Source of the DNA: Pavona decussata
Taxonomy: Eukaryota
Assembly: GCA_977016875.1 (NCBI GenBank)
Contig: CDRNST010000176.1
Location: 806,001-870,000 of the forward strand
Reading direction: 5' to 3'
DNA length: 64,000 bases
Position numbers and translations under genes: made by a program. The notes beneath the pieces are model-generated. The model had not been told where the DNA came from and did not search any database. It was given only the letters and a program-made list of their open reading frames with translations. Shown here in pieces: positions 39,501 to 53,600 of the stretch (within the stretch, counting starts at the first letter, position 1; each line of letters starts with the position of its first letter).

Positions 39501-42500
39501 GGTTCAATCCCTTCCGTTTCCTTAGTGCAAAAAGGTGCAGTTCCATTTGTTCAGAAAAAAACTACCGAAAATTCCATTCAAATGGTAAGCGCTCAAGAGG
39601 GCATCACATCATACCAGTTGTTGTTAATAAACCAAGATCGCGTGCTTGTAAATTAAAGTATTTGCTTCTTTGACTAGTGAATCTGGAATTTTTTTTTTCT
39701 TTTTACTTTTGGAAAAAAAATGGGTCGGTCGGGCGATGGGAAACGAAACATTTTATTGGGATGGCTCAAGTGATCCTTCGTAAATTTCGACGCCATAGTG
39801 TTTCCCGAAATTTATTTGGACAGTTTTCCGCTGGTCAACAGTACTGTTTATCTGAGAAAATCGCACAACGATCGGATCTCGTAAGTGTGGTTCGATGTGA
39901 TGAAGGTACTATTGTGGCTTAAATGCTCACTAATCTCCTACTTCAGCTTCATTACACATTTAAGGTGGCTTCAAACGAGAAGAGATGAATTGATTTTCGT
40001 TCAGAAAAACTATTTAGGCTTTAGAACCTCGTGGGAACCGAGCGAAGAGCCTGTGTATCCTGATGTATGACAATATATTTTACCGTCCGACAATTCATCC
40101 GAAGGTAGACCATCCACTTTGGATGTAAATCGAGATTTATCGCTTCCTAAAAGATTTCGATTTTTAGGATTATTAAATTAAATTTTTACAATTATTTCGT
40201 CCCGTCAATTAATTTGTCATGGAGAGTCCCCGTTTGATTAAAACATCGGATAGGAAGAGACTTTACTTGTATGGACACGTTTATGTTGTCCCCTTCCCTA
40301 ATTTCATTGGCTATCTGGAAATCATTCCTTTTGAGTTGATGTAAATTTACAATCCGTTGTCTCGCATATAGCGAGAGTTTGCCCATCTTTCTGACCAACA
40401 CGAATGTCGTTTTTGGGCACTCTAGACTGTACACAAAAGTGTCAGATGGAACGCGTTCCTGAAGATAATTAACTGAACGCGTTCTCTCTTACGTTCCGTT
40501 TTAAACTGGAACGCTTAGGGAACGCAAAGCAGAACGCGTTCAGCGCAGCGTTCTCTGTTTTTAGGTTCCTTCTGTCCGTTACTGTAGTTACCCCCAATTT
40601 TCTTTTTGGATTTTAATAGCCCTTGCTAAGATCTGCTTTTCCCGCATAGCCATAAACTGTGCAAAATACCCCTGTATTAGGAGGCACTGTTCTCAAAATA
40701 AAATGTGGTAAAGTGTAGGTACAGTTTTTTTATACTTTAAAAACAGCAAACCCGATAAATAGGTTTGTAAGCAGTGGTTAAAACGTTTTGGCAGCGTGTG
40801 GGTTTTAGTTTAAATTTAAGGCCTTAATGGTCATCTTCCAACACTCCATTGACAAAAGGTGCTGAAAGCCAACTTGTCTCTGTCACCTTGTCTAGCAAAG
40901 CTAGTACTCCTGATCGCTATGAATGTCTTGTTTCTAATAGTTTTGAAAACATGTTCATTATACCATCTCTCTTTCCTCTGTAAGTTGTATGTTTCTTCTT
41001 CACATCTGTTACCTGTGTTGTAAAACGCTTGACTTGGTAGAGTAATTTTGTCTTGAACCATCGACTTAGGACTTTCATAGCTGCCAAAACAGTCACCAAG
41101 ACACTAAACATTCGCATTCACTGCAGTTTCAGCTGTGAGTTCATCTACATGTATTATTTTGTTGTTAGAGCATTCAAGATAACTAGTGTCTTTTGTAGTC
41201 AGTCAAATGTTAAATACATATACACAGCCTGAGGTTCATAAGGTTTGAGAATTTGCTGGCCATGCATATTCATCTTTTTTCGTACCATGTGGCAGATAAG
41301 GTCTCAGCCCACTGTCTTCTTTAGAAATCTCAGCACAGGTTTGTGAGCTAACAGTGGTCAATGTTCTGCCTCAAAGGGTCCTCAAAGGGTTAATTTTGAA
41401 CATTTCATTTGTTTAACTTGTTAGGTATCAAGAATTGAATTGCCAAAAGCTGCCAAGGCAGGAAACTTTACGGTAAAGAAAGACTTCAAGAAACAAAAAA
41501 TGAAACCAACTTCCTGGAGCATCTTGTTCAGGGATTCGCTACAGTTATAAAGTGTTCCAGATGACTGTTAAGGCAGGGCACCAAGGAAGAATTAAGCACT
41601 CATTGGGTGCAATAGCCTGTGTACAGCACCCCCTCCCCTCAGGAAAAATCGATTTTTCCTGAGGGAGGGGGCGGCTGTACACAGGCTATGGATGCAAGTC
41701 TCTGGCAGTCTTCTTAGTTTACCAGTTATTTAATTTTTGTTAGTTCAAGTGGCAACCTGAGACCCTTCCGTTGTCTGTAACACTGCACCATAAAAGTTAT
41801 TCTTGCATGCTTTTTTAACTGTTTTGTTTTTAAACAATGTTCTTTCTTATTTGTTTTTCAGACTCTGAAACCAGATCCTATTTTGTCACTCAAGAGAGTA
41901 GTCGGGTTTGGTGGTGGTACGTTTCGTGAGGTAAATCTATTCTCTTTAGATGGTAAACATTTTAGTTTTTCCAAACTATTTGCATCGCTTCTTGATGTTT
42001 TCAAGTAAGCATTAAATTGGGATAAAATAGAGCATTAGTATACAAAGCGTTAGCACGTTTGTCCCAAGCATTATTTACAGTGTTCGTAGAAAGTGTTAGA
42101 ACATTAGAACCAAACATTAAAACGACTTGGAAGCCGTTAGCTACCCATTAGCTATCCGTCAGTTTTCTAACGTTTAGCAGATTGTCCTTAGTGTACGTTT
42201 TCCCCTTGGAAGGTCGCAAACATGTCTGAGAATTGTCATGGTTTTTGTGAAGATTGTCTATAAAACCATGAACAAGGTAAACCCATTATTTTCTTATAGA
42301 TGTATTAAAATTTATGAAAGCTTATGCAGATTTAATGCCATGCAACTGTTTCATCTCCTTTTTCTCTACAGGCTTTATGGACCAAGAATGGATCCTGCAT
42401 AGTGTACCCTTGCCATGCTATCATTGTATCCATAGATGTGTCTTCTGGTCAGCAGCAGTTCTTTATGGGACACACAGATAAGGTATGGTTGACGTTTAGG

Positions 42501-44638
42501 TTTTGGTTCAATCTTTGATTCACAGAAACGAAGGCTGGCATTAAGGGGCTATTATAACCTACAGGCAACATCAGCTATAATTGAATCTACTGAATGGGCG
42601 GTTTATGTCATGGTAGATCTGGACTGTCTGTAAGTGTAATGTACTCATAAAATAACCAATGTGAAATTCTGAAATGATATAAGACCCTGTGAAAAGAAGT
42701 GTACCCAAACATAAGTTCTCCAAATTCTCAAACACAAGGTTGCGATGACGAATTCTCCTGAGTTTAGTTTGTTGGTTATTAAGGTTAGTTTTTTTTAGAC
42801 GCAAAATTTCCCTTAACAATGAGCCCTTCTCCTTAAACTTAGAACGTATAAAAATGGTTTTAAAAAAATGGAAGTTCGTGGACTTATACTAGGAATCTGT
42901 TACTGGTTTCTGTCTCTTTGGAAGATGTGACACCTACAAAACATAAAAACAGCCCTGGTGAATCCCTTAAAAATGAGTGAAAATAACCTGTGCAGTGCAA
43001 TGTTTGCAGGTTTCTGCTCTGGCTTTTGATGGAAAAACAGACATTTTAGTCTCAGCTCAGACTGGCTCACCTTCTGTTATCAGAGTTTGGAAATACCAGA
43101 CAAGGAAATGTGCCGCTATGTTCAGAACAGAAATACATAATGTTCAGTGTGTAAGGTCAGTGGCATATCCAACGTCATTACGCCAAATGAGCAAGAGATT
43201 TGTCTTGTTTCCTTGGGTAAAATGTCAAACTGGTAACTCATTGGAAGGTAACTGCTAGCTTTCTAAGGGATTCCAAAATTTGTTGGTCCATGCATGGTAG
43301 CTGAATTAATAGATTTGTGTAAAAGTACGGCTTTTCAAATCTAGTTCGCATGCCTTAGATAATCACTTGTCATGCCAGCATGGTTTCTAGAGTCTCCTTA
43401 ACTGCTTGTAAGAAACAGCAAAGAGCGACAAATTTTGTGACTTCACTTGAAATACCCTACCCTAAGGATGGTAAGGAGATTTGCAAGGAATCCCCTTAAC
43501 GGTACCAGAAACTCAATATAAGGTGGTGTGGTTCTTTTTTTTTGTTTTGACTTATTTGATCCCAGCTTATACACTAAAGGGTATTTGTAACTCTAACAGT
43601 TGTTATTGTAGATTTTGAACATAAAAGCATGATTGGCGGCGCTGTCATTTTCATATCTCATAGGTTCATTTCGTGATCTTTATTGACTGAACCTTTCCAC
43701 ATAATTTCAGTCTCTCGTACAGTGGCAACATTTTGTGTGGCGTTGGAAAGGATCATCATGGCAAACAGGTAATGTTGCCTTCCACTAGCGTGTGATTCGT
43801 GCTGCAATTTGGCACTGGCTCAAAATGCTTTAAATGGCTTTTAATCTAAATGGTCTAGATGTAATTAACTTTCAATCCAGCAATAGTTTCAATACAGTAA
43901 TAGCCCACGTATAAGAACCCGAATTTTTCAATTTAGCCTGAATAGGTTCTTATATAAATGGTACTTAAAGCAAATTTAGGCTATGAAGGCTCTTAAAATA
44001 GGTTCTTATATTTTCATATGAATTTCATCTGAATATACTATATATATTATAAATATCATCTCATAATACTGTATAAATCATTCATTTCTATCATAAAGCA
44101 GTGCCCACAGGCAGTTCAGCGCAGGTACAGCATATGTCCTTAACAAAACATAACAAAGAAGCTCATGTTGATACCAAATTCATAACAAGTTTAAGCAATG
44201 AGGAGCAATGAAAAACAAAAATAAATTAAAAACTGTGTGGCTCTAGCCCCTGAGGTTTTATACACTTTTACAACAACCCCACTGATAAGAACCTAACTTA
44301 AAATTTTAGCCTAAATAGGTTCTTATGTGGAGGGGGCTTAAAATGAAAATTTTAGCCTAACAGGTTCTTCAAACCCAGGTTCTTATACGCGGGCTATTAC
44401 TGTAGCTTTTAATCAACCAATGTTTTTGATAGCTTTTGATATAGCATTGGTTGCAATAGCCTTTAATTAAATTAATCAACTAATGGTCTCAACACCTTTT
44501 AACTTCTGAATGGTTTCAACGGCATTTCTCAATTTTAGGATTTAGATCTCCATACTAATAGGTTAGATGAGTGTCCCCAATTAGCAAATTGCGGTATTGC
44601 AGCAAGTTAGAATGACTGACACATTAATAAAGTTGTTG

Positions 44639-44685
<47 letters not shown>

Positions 44686-47600
44686 GGTTTCAATCTACCA
44701 ATAGATCAAAAAGCTTTTAATCTGGCGATGGATCTCTTATGTAGCTATAATGTTACGCCTAAAAGCCTGAATTTTGTATTTTGTAATAAATATTACACTG
44801 AACAATGGTGGAAGGGTGTAACAAAACTAAAAATGTGAGATGAAGACGGCATAGTATCTTTCAATGGCTCCAATACCTTTCGCTCTACCAGTGGTTTCAA
44901 GCTGAAGGTTTAATTTTCTTACGGTTTCAATGTAGTGGCACATGTTGAAGATCCTCGAGCATCCTTATTGACTTCTTGTGGTCCGCTAAGGATTTCCATT
45001 GATCCTTTTTGTCGATTGTTATTATCAATTTTTTTATTGATAGATGGTTGTAGTATGGGATGTTAGCCATGCTGTTAGAGGTGGTGAAGTTTCTATTATT
45101 GCCAAGGCTCACACTGATGTCGACATTTGCCGCATGAGGATTGCAGAGTTTGATGACAGCAGGTATCGTTACACAATGATCTAATTAATTTTTCCTGCTT
45201 TGCCTCCTTCTAATTGATACCTACTGGTTGACTGGGGAAGAATAAAACCTGCTTTATAGCATGGATTTTTTTAATAATTGGAAGTCTCGTTGCACTCGCA
45301 AACATCACCCAGTAATTACCTTGTCCTTCCTTAAAATTCCATGTATGTGAGCAGGGGTTCCTTATAACACCTAATTTCGTGTCTTGAGTGAATCCTCTAT
45401 TAATATCAGTGGCTGTTGGACTCATTTAGCCACTGTGGTTATACCAGGCAGCAGGCGTTTAGCCAGGAATTAAAATCTGTTCGTCCAACAGGTGTGTGTC
45501 TGGTAAACGTGGAAGGATTAGGTGTTGTTACACTGAATTGCTTTAAAACGTGGGGTGTCTGGGAAACCTGACCAGCAAGGTTTCAGCCAGAACATAAAAC
45601 AGCCCTACAATGTATGTGTTTTAAACAATTCAAATTTTTCATTGATGCCTGGGAGTTGCTTTAACATTTTGTCAAATTTTGTTGATGGCAGGTTGGTTTC
45701 CTGTGGCCAAGATAACGTCCGCTTCTGGCGAATTCGTCATGGCTCTCTGAGATCCTGCCCCGTGGACCTTGGTCGCTATGGTTCTGTCAATTTTACTGAC
45801 ATAGTGTATGGCGCCAAGAACCCCTTAAGTGCAGATCCTACAGTTAGGAAAGTGTGAGTACAGCGTGGTTCTTAAATAGGCAATAAGGCGAGATGAGTGA
45901 CAAATGAATTGTAGGTTTATCATGTAATGATACTTTCCAACACGTCGGTAAAGAGCACATGTTAGTTCTCCTGGAACTTCGCCCTCCCTCCTTCAATTTC
46001 AACTGCATCTTTAACTTCATCTTTATTCAAAAATATGATTACAAAAAGATAACTACAGGACTGACCCGCAAATAGGACTTACTAGTCTAGGTGGGTTGGT
46101 CAAAACTGGGTGGAAAATTAGATAAATGAACAAACAAATGAATTAATTAACTAACTAATTATTAAATAAGGCGAAGGTTAATGTAAACGACAATGATATA
46201 AAAGAGAGAAAGAAGAGCACATTACAAAGGACTGAGAATATTAAGTTTATACGTTAGTTATAACTTGAGAGGTTTTAACTTTTGCAATAATTAGGGAGAT
46301 AGCTTTATATGAATCTTCTTTGGGGCAACCTGCACCATTTGGAACGTCTTATATGTACATCGTTGGTCGACAAAAGAAGGAACAACAAAACAATGCTCTC
46401 AACCCTAAAAAACAATGCAGCTGCAGGTTATAAGGGTCCAGTTTAAATAGATCTTTTGAAGGGTGCAGATCTACTGTCTTCTTTTTCCAAACTCTTCCCG
46501 CCAAATATTGTTACCATAGGCTACATGTCGCTAATCTTGCTATACATCAACGTTTTACAAGTTTTTGTAGATACTATTTGGAATAGACCCTATTTGGATA
46601 GATCTTCTCTCGAGTGGTTAAATTTAATGTTACATTTTAACAAAGGTCTTTGTTCTTCGCCACCAGATATTCTTGCACGAACCAAGGTACAGTTTACCAG
46701 ATTGATTATCAAAAAATCATGCTGGACAAAGTGATCAGACTGCTTCCAGTTGGTTCTCGTCATGATCCAGTCGGAAAATATGGAGGCGCTACTCCAACTG
46801 AGTTTGGACTGAGGCTTAATTCACTCTGTGTAAATGACTCCTTCTGTGCCACTGGATCTGATGATGGAATACTCCGACTGTGGCCTCTGGACTTTTCAAC
46901 AGTGTTCCTTGAGGCTGGTAAGCAGATAAATTTGCATGTAGATAAAGGAAGCAATCAATCAATCAATCGAAAACTTTATTCAAAGTGTTAGACCTTATAG
47001 TTTGGGAAAAACAAGTCCCATACTGATACGGGGACACAAATAAAATACAACTAGTTAACAACAACTGTAGAAAAATTATAATGTGTCCAAGGCATTGTGT
47101 AAAAATAAGTAATAAAATCTATGATTGCACTGAATCGTGATTTCATTAAGGATAATTTGATGTGACGTTTTTTGTGTTCAAGCAGGTTATTCATCGTTCA
47201 TCTGGCATCAAGTTCAATAATATAACATGTTGAACAGAACAGAAAAGAGAAAGCAAAAGTTATTGAAAGGATTTGTAAAGGTTGCAACTTCATTCTTGTA
47301 AACCAAGCAATGACTTTTTTACCTAGAGCATCCTCTCAGCATTTTACAAGGGGCACCGTTTAGTTGGTCTGTTAGCTTCTTGTAGTCCTTGTTTTTCAGT
47401 CGTTGATTATGCTGTAATGTTTAAATACTTGTTTATCTTAAAGAACACGAGGGACCGTTAACAGCTGTCAACATATCCAGTGACGGATTGTTTGTTTTAG
47501 CAGGGACAAAAACCGTGAGTAAATAACTGCATGAAAAGCATCTGTAAAGCATAAATTGTGAAACTGATTCTTGTGTCTTATATGGTGGACTAAAACCATG

Positions 47601-50600
47601 GTGAACTTTGGTATGACACGAGAGCTAATATATGAAAAATCGTACACAAATTGTGTATTGATGTTAGTGCAGAAAAGTGAGCAAGTCATACAAAATTCAA
47701 AATATTACTATCAGTTTTTAATCGTAGTTAGGGAAGCTGCTAATCGATACGTGTATTGGTGAGATGTTTCCAAATAACACAGGATTTAAATTGTTGAAGA
47801 CGCGTTTGCATTTGTGGTAATAACACAAGTATACGATATGTTTTAAAATTAGAAATAGTAGAAAGCAACACAACAAGAAAACAAGGGAAAATGTGCTAAC
47901 GAGAGTGTGTCAGATAAAGTTGACTTGCTGTTTGATTTTTTTTTTTCGTTTCGATATACATGCCATTGTTATGTTTGACCCTAAAAGGTGTTTGCTTTGC
48001 AAATTGAACTCTGTAAGTAATAAGCAGTTTATGAAAGTTCACAAGTCAGTTTGTTTTGTCAGGGAAATCTTGGTGTCTTGGATGCATCGGCGCGTAGCTA
48101 CTCCACTCTGATGAGATCTCACACAGAGAAGATCTTAGCCATGTCATTTGATTCAACTCATCGATACCTGGCCACAGTATCTGCTGATGAATCCATCAGA
48201 GTCTGGGATCTTGACACAGTTGCACAGTTGTTTGACTTTCAAGCTCCTGGAGAGGTTCCCTGTGCTATTGCGTATCATCCTCGACAGCAGTGCTTTGCCT
48301 GTGGGTTTTTGTCTGGTTGTGTCAGGGTGTTTGACGTTGGTTCAACAAATCTTTTGGCTGAGCATAGCAAGCATTCTGGTCAAGTCACTGGCTTGATGTT
48401 CACACCAAATGGCGAGTTCATGCACAGTGCAGGAGCGTTAGGTAACACTTTAGCAGTTGTTCTTCAACTTCTTAATCAACATGATACCAGCTGTTTGACC
48501 AGTAGCGTGCACTATCTGAACTCATGTTGAGAGCTTGAGATGGGTCAAAAGGCTGCATTCGGCCCATAAAGAACTCACATGCCCAGAGATGTCAGTTACC
48601 CAACGTTTGCAGCCTGAAGTATCTAGGCTGAAATGCCCTGGAGTTGCAATGTAACTTGTTGTTTTACATTATACCAACTGTTCCACCTGTGGCATGCTTC
48701 ATCTGAGCTCATATCAAAGTCACTAGTTTACACGCCATAGACAGCCCACATATCCAGAGTTTTTAATAACATAGTTCCCGTAGCCTGAAGTAACTTGGAT
48801 GGAATGTTTGTCTGTCGTAAAATTACCTCCATCATTTTGTCTGGTTTCCTTAGGAAATGTTCATATATCTGAGTAGGGACACAGGGTGGAACACAATATA
48901 TACATGAGAGACCAGGCTCAGACATTTGCATCAACTCCAATCCTCTGACTGAATGACTGTCATGCTTTCACCCAAGCAGCAAATGTTATAGCAGTTTAAG
49001 TCTTTTTGTTTTTCGCGTCCTAAAATATGTTCCAATTAGAAATGTATAAGGTCACCTCTAGGTCAATTAACTTACTTCTGCGTTTAAGCAGCACTGTCTC
49101 CTATTTTGACCACTGTAGCTGTAGTTCAGTCTAGTCCAATCTATCAACTTAAGGGACAACCAATGTCATAACAGTCATAAGCCATGTGGTTTCTTCTTAG
49201 GCTTTCTCACCACATTATGTTTCTTTTTTGTAGCCCTGGGCCTCCTTGAATAATGATGTATTGTCTGTCAAGTAATATATCAAACACGAGGGAGAGTGTT
49301 TCATCCGAATTCTAAACACCAAGCAGTAGTTTGAAAAAGCGAGGCACAGCGGACTTTTTTAAACCAACTTCAAGGTGTTTGGAAACCGGATGAAACACTT
49401 TGGAGTGTTTGATATAGCTTCTCAAATCGTTCATAGTTTTTTGAAGAAATTCAAAGCAGAAGTTCACCAAAGTTTATGATAATTAAGATAATTTTTCCAA
49501 ATCTCCTTTATGGTAGTGATTTCCTTTGTTTTCTCTTCTTCGTGAATTATTAATACGTTTCAGAATGTGTGATAAATAATACAAAAGTAACTGCATTGTG
49601 TTCAAGGTTCCCTTGCCCTGTATGACGCAGCTGATGAAGGTTTCCAGTTGATTCGTATTCTGTCCAACACAGTGGTAATGGGTGGTAAGTTTGGTCCACA
49701 TGTGCTGAGTGTGAGTGAAGACAGCTTGAGGTTAGCATTCATTGGACCCACTGAGTACACAGTGACTGTTGCTAATGCCAGATCATTGGATGAGGTAAAG
49801 TTTGTTCTTTGAAGGTGACTTATGATTTGTGCCACCTGTGTACAACAACTGAGTTTTCATAACCTGCATATTCTTGAAAGTCTCGGAATCCAGTCGTGAA
49901 ATGTAGCTGTGAGTGCGTCAGTGCACCATAGACAGGATTATGTGCATGCTAGGACATTTACAGCTGAAATCCTTAAGAGCCATATGGTATTCCATTCGCG
50001 AATTTCACCAAAGAGCAAGCCAACAATGCATTACTCTCCTTGTTTCACCACAACTCTTGCTCACTCAGCTTTTTGAGATGGTGCTTACTGACACAACTGG
50101 CTGAAAAAAAATATAACGTTAGTTGATCTCTTGTGACTAGAAGAAGCAGTCATAGCCACCTACCTTTACTTTACATTAATGTTGCCGCCACCTGATTTGT
50201 TTAGCGTGCTACTGGAAGCATAACAAAGGTGATATCTTTTCGTTCTTTCCAAAAAGAAGGACTGGAAACCTTAAAAACAGAAAAAACTTACTATTTGTTT
50301 GCAACTGTTTACTAAAAGTCCAGTAGAACAAAAGCAAACTGAAGGGTGAATGTATTTCACAATAACTCTGAACCTGTGTTGTTGTTTTTTATTTTTAAAG
50401 GTTTTACGAGTAGACATCAGCACAATCACTACGGACAGATCGATTGTAGACTCTGCTCTCCACGTTTGCTTTGCACCATCTTCACTCAAGCAACTGTTGG
50501 TTGTTACTTCGACATCCAGGCTGCTGAAACTTGACTCTCAGAATGGCATCCTGTTGAGTGAGGTTTGTGGTGACTTAATGTTGTATCATTAAGTGCAAAT

Positions 50601-53600
50601 GTTGTTGTTGTTTTTTTTAATTTATTTATTTTTGTTTTTGGCATTGAAAAGTTCAAAGTCGCCAATATAAAAACGTAAGGTCATGTCGTCTTTTTCCCTC
50701 CCCTCCTTTCTTCTCTCTTTTGCGTCATTCTCAGCCTTTAGGGGGCCAAAAATAAAAACCCAATGATTTAGTGTCATTTCATGAAAAGTGCTCACGTTTT
50801 CGTCGGCCATTTCTTCAAAAACTCGGCTAGAAATACATATGGAAACATCTGGTTGACCAGTGGTGAGACTTAAGCTGCATAAAGGTTATTACTCGACTAC
50901 TAAATTGTTAGCCATCACGTGCCTTAGTAAAGTTTACTAATTCATGAGAAGTCGTTGATTGTGTGTAAAAAGAGCAGAAACGATTTCAGAGTCATTTAAA
51001 ACCTGATGAAATCACTCATTGGTATAGTTGCTAGATAGCTTCTATTTAGCGGGAATTTTTAAACAAAAAAAGTGGCGAGCAGAGTAATGCAAAGGTATTT
51101 GTTGAACATTGAAGTTTCATGAATAGACCCTCTGGGATGGAGGAGCTTTCTATTTATGGTTCTAAACTTATGGTAATGTGAATTATCTGCTTTAGTCTGC
51201 TTAAGCATCTTAGATGATCTGTCAGATGTTACAAATTACCTCCACCTCTGAGACCCTAACTAAAGGAGTTTCAACTGTCACATAAGTGGTAGTTGAATCT
51301 CATTCATTCACCAGGCCTAAAATATACCATTACGTATATACCACACATTTACATTCATATCCTAACAGTATGCAGTATATTTTTCCCAAGTACATAGTTT
51401 GATGGCCTTAGGTCCCACGAGTCTCCTGTAGCTCAGTGGTAGAGCATCCTAACTAGTAATCGGAAGGTCTTAGGTTTCAACTCCTGATAGGAGCACTCGA
51501 ATTTCCTTTTTCCAGGTTTGCCTGTGTCACTCACTGGATAATACATCATTCTCACTTATGTGCTGTTCTTTCCTGCAGGTGTCCAATATTCATCGTGGTA
51601 GCTGTTCCAGTTTGGATGTGAGTCGTGATGGCAAGCACCTAGCAACTGCTGGAGACAGGCTTGTCAAGATCTGGGACTACCATATGAGACTGGACATCAA
51701 CTTCCAGGTTGGCTAGTAATAGCTCGTCATACTATTGTCAGGAAGAATCCTTAGACTTAGGAAGGCCAATATAAGTGCACTTTTATGAGCACTGGTTAGG
51801 TGATTGGAACTTGTTTGGGCAAAAAACGTGTTCAAAGCTTTATTATTTAATGACCATTAAGGCATAATGGATGTTGAAGCGATAATGTTTGAGATTTGAG
51901 TGTTGTTGACATGTTGACTCAGCCTTTGTGGCACAGCAGAAGGCAAGACAGTTTACTCGGTATTATCTTCCCTTCCGTAAGTGACTACGTAGGTTAGATT
52001 TGGGAAACTCATAGGGTAACCTTCGCATTGACAGTAATAAACCTGAGAACAAAAATTGCCCGCTAGTAGTGTCTTCTTTCAAAAGGGTGTTAAGTGTATC
52101 ACCACATTTTGCCTTTCCTTAGGTTTTCATTGGACATTCAGATCATATACAGCAAGTTGCTTTTACCCCTGATTATCTTGGTCTTGTCAGCGTAGGGGAG
52201 GCTATTTTGTTGTGGGATTTTCAAGGAAGAGGAAGACAGCTACAGATTAATGGGTAAGCACTCTTCTGAGAAGATTAGCACTCCAGAGCCTCTTTTCGTG
52301 TCATGAATAACTCTCAAAAAAAGTATTCCGAATTGCAAGAAAGTTGGTTTTGATACTTCTGTCATGCGAGGAATCCACACGAAATCAAGGAGTAGAAATG
52401 ATATCTGCTTGTTTTGTATTTATCTTTGTATAGTAACTGGTAGAGGTCTTAACATTTTTTTTAAACAAGCATGATCCACTATTAATTTCATTGATAGTGT
52501 AAAATGAAATGTCAAAAAAAGTCCGTTTCTTGAAGCAAGAGCATTAGTTGTTTTACTTGGGTATTTAGTGTTCTGTAATCCGCACAAAATCAGCAGAATA
52601 ATACTTTTTTTTATTTTAATCCACACAAAATCAACGATGGTATGTGCTTGTTTTGTTTTTAGCTTTGTAGAATAACTGGAAGAGGTCCTAGCATGAGCCG
52701 CTATTAATTTCATGGATATTGTGTGGTTAATTAAAAATGGGAAATCCCCAGAAGAAATGCCAATTTCGTGAAGCGAGATCATTAGTTGTTTTATTTGGGT
52801 ATTGAGTTTTCTGTAATCTACACAAAATCAGCCGAATAATACTTTTTTTGATTTTAATTGCGTTCTCCACACCAAAGCCGCTATGCATACGAGTTTCAAA
52901 TAGCTCCACACTAATTCTGCAAATCTTCTCAAAAATTCAGCTGCTGGTAGCAGGAATTGGGTTTATTCATATATTTGAAACTCACACAAAATCATGTGAT
53001 ACTTGTTTGTTTTCGATTATGTGTAGCACTCAGTTAAAGCCCTCATATGAGGAGAATGTTTAGTGCTCTAGGTTTTAAGCAGTTGATAACGAACTTCGCT
53101 TCAAAAAAAAAAATGCTGGAATTCAGAATGAGTGTACTACCTGTACTAAATATCGGGAATCAACACAAATTCAGTGCAATGATATCTCTTTGTTTGACAG
53201 ATCAACGTTTCTTGGTGATAAAAATATAAAAATGTCTATAATCGACACGAGATCATTAAGGGCAAATGGTACCTGGTACCTATTTGCTTTGAATTCTCTT
53301 GTGACATGCACGTGTTAAAAATAACCTTCACATTATTTTGTCTCAGTGGGCGACAGCCACAGAAGAGCTATGTTTCAGAAGTTCCAGGTATTATGTTTTT
53401 TATTCTAAATGTATACTGCGGTTTAGCCGCTTTTGTTTTGTTGAGAGGATCTAGGTAATGTTAACTAATAGTTAGGGCACAAGATTGGATACAAATGTCG
53501 AGTTTATTTAAGCATTGGTACCTTAACAGCTATCCCATCGTAAACGATCCAAGAGTATGAACAATAATGATACACTACCACTTTAATTGAGATGAAGAGT

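Larger units (their letters stand above)
38265..39593 (-). mobile_element. Second PIF/Harbinger relic with pseudogenised transposase N-terminus (~38988-39400)
   Basis: 31-bp TIR AGCGCTTACCATTTGAATGGAATTTTCGGTA / TACCGAAAATTCCATTCAAATGGTAAGCGCT; minus strand reads YFEQTIPA*SLDEFKAHFRMQRATCE..QILIYLWCMANQESVRLVADRFN..SSVTR..RV (HARBI1-like HTH region). Confidence 0.85.
38038..39766. mobile_element. MITE inserted in the Tc1-like element
   Basis: ~35-bp TIR GGCCATCCCAATAAAATATTTCGTTTCCCATCGCCC / GGGCGATGGGAAACGAAACATTTTATTGGGATGGC; flanks TAA and CAA. Confidence 0.8.
34654..40584 (-). mobile_element. Tc1/mariner-like element relic hosting the minisatellite
   Basis: Minus-strand terminus TA|CAGTAACGGACAGAAGG at 40584; transposase-like N-terminal HTH MGKLSLYARQRIVNL..IANEI..INVS..RCFNQTGTLHDK (ATG 40386); satellite unit present subterminally at 40509-40529. 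Confidence 0.6.
34025..40700. mobile_element. Outermost MITE of the nested cluster; arms ~34025-34146 and 40587-~40700
   Basis: Left CTATGCGGCAAAGCGGATCTCAACAAGAGGTATTGGAATCAAAAAAGAAGACTGGGG is a diverged reverse complement of right CCCCAATTTTCTTTTTGGATTTTAATAGCCCTTGCTAAGATCTGCTTTTCCCGCATAG. Confidence 0.7.

Noticed and set aside
39767-40190. Continuation of the Tc1 transposase into a DDE domain
   Set aside because: Only a faint frameshifted resemblance; no catalytic motif could be read by eye
52285-53320. piggyBac-like element around the tandem duplication
   Set aside because: Only a weak degenerate terminal match and TTAA on one side; not enough to call
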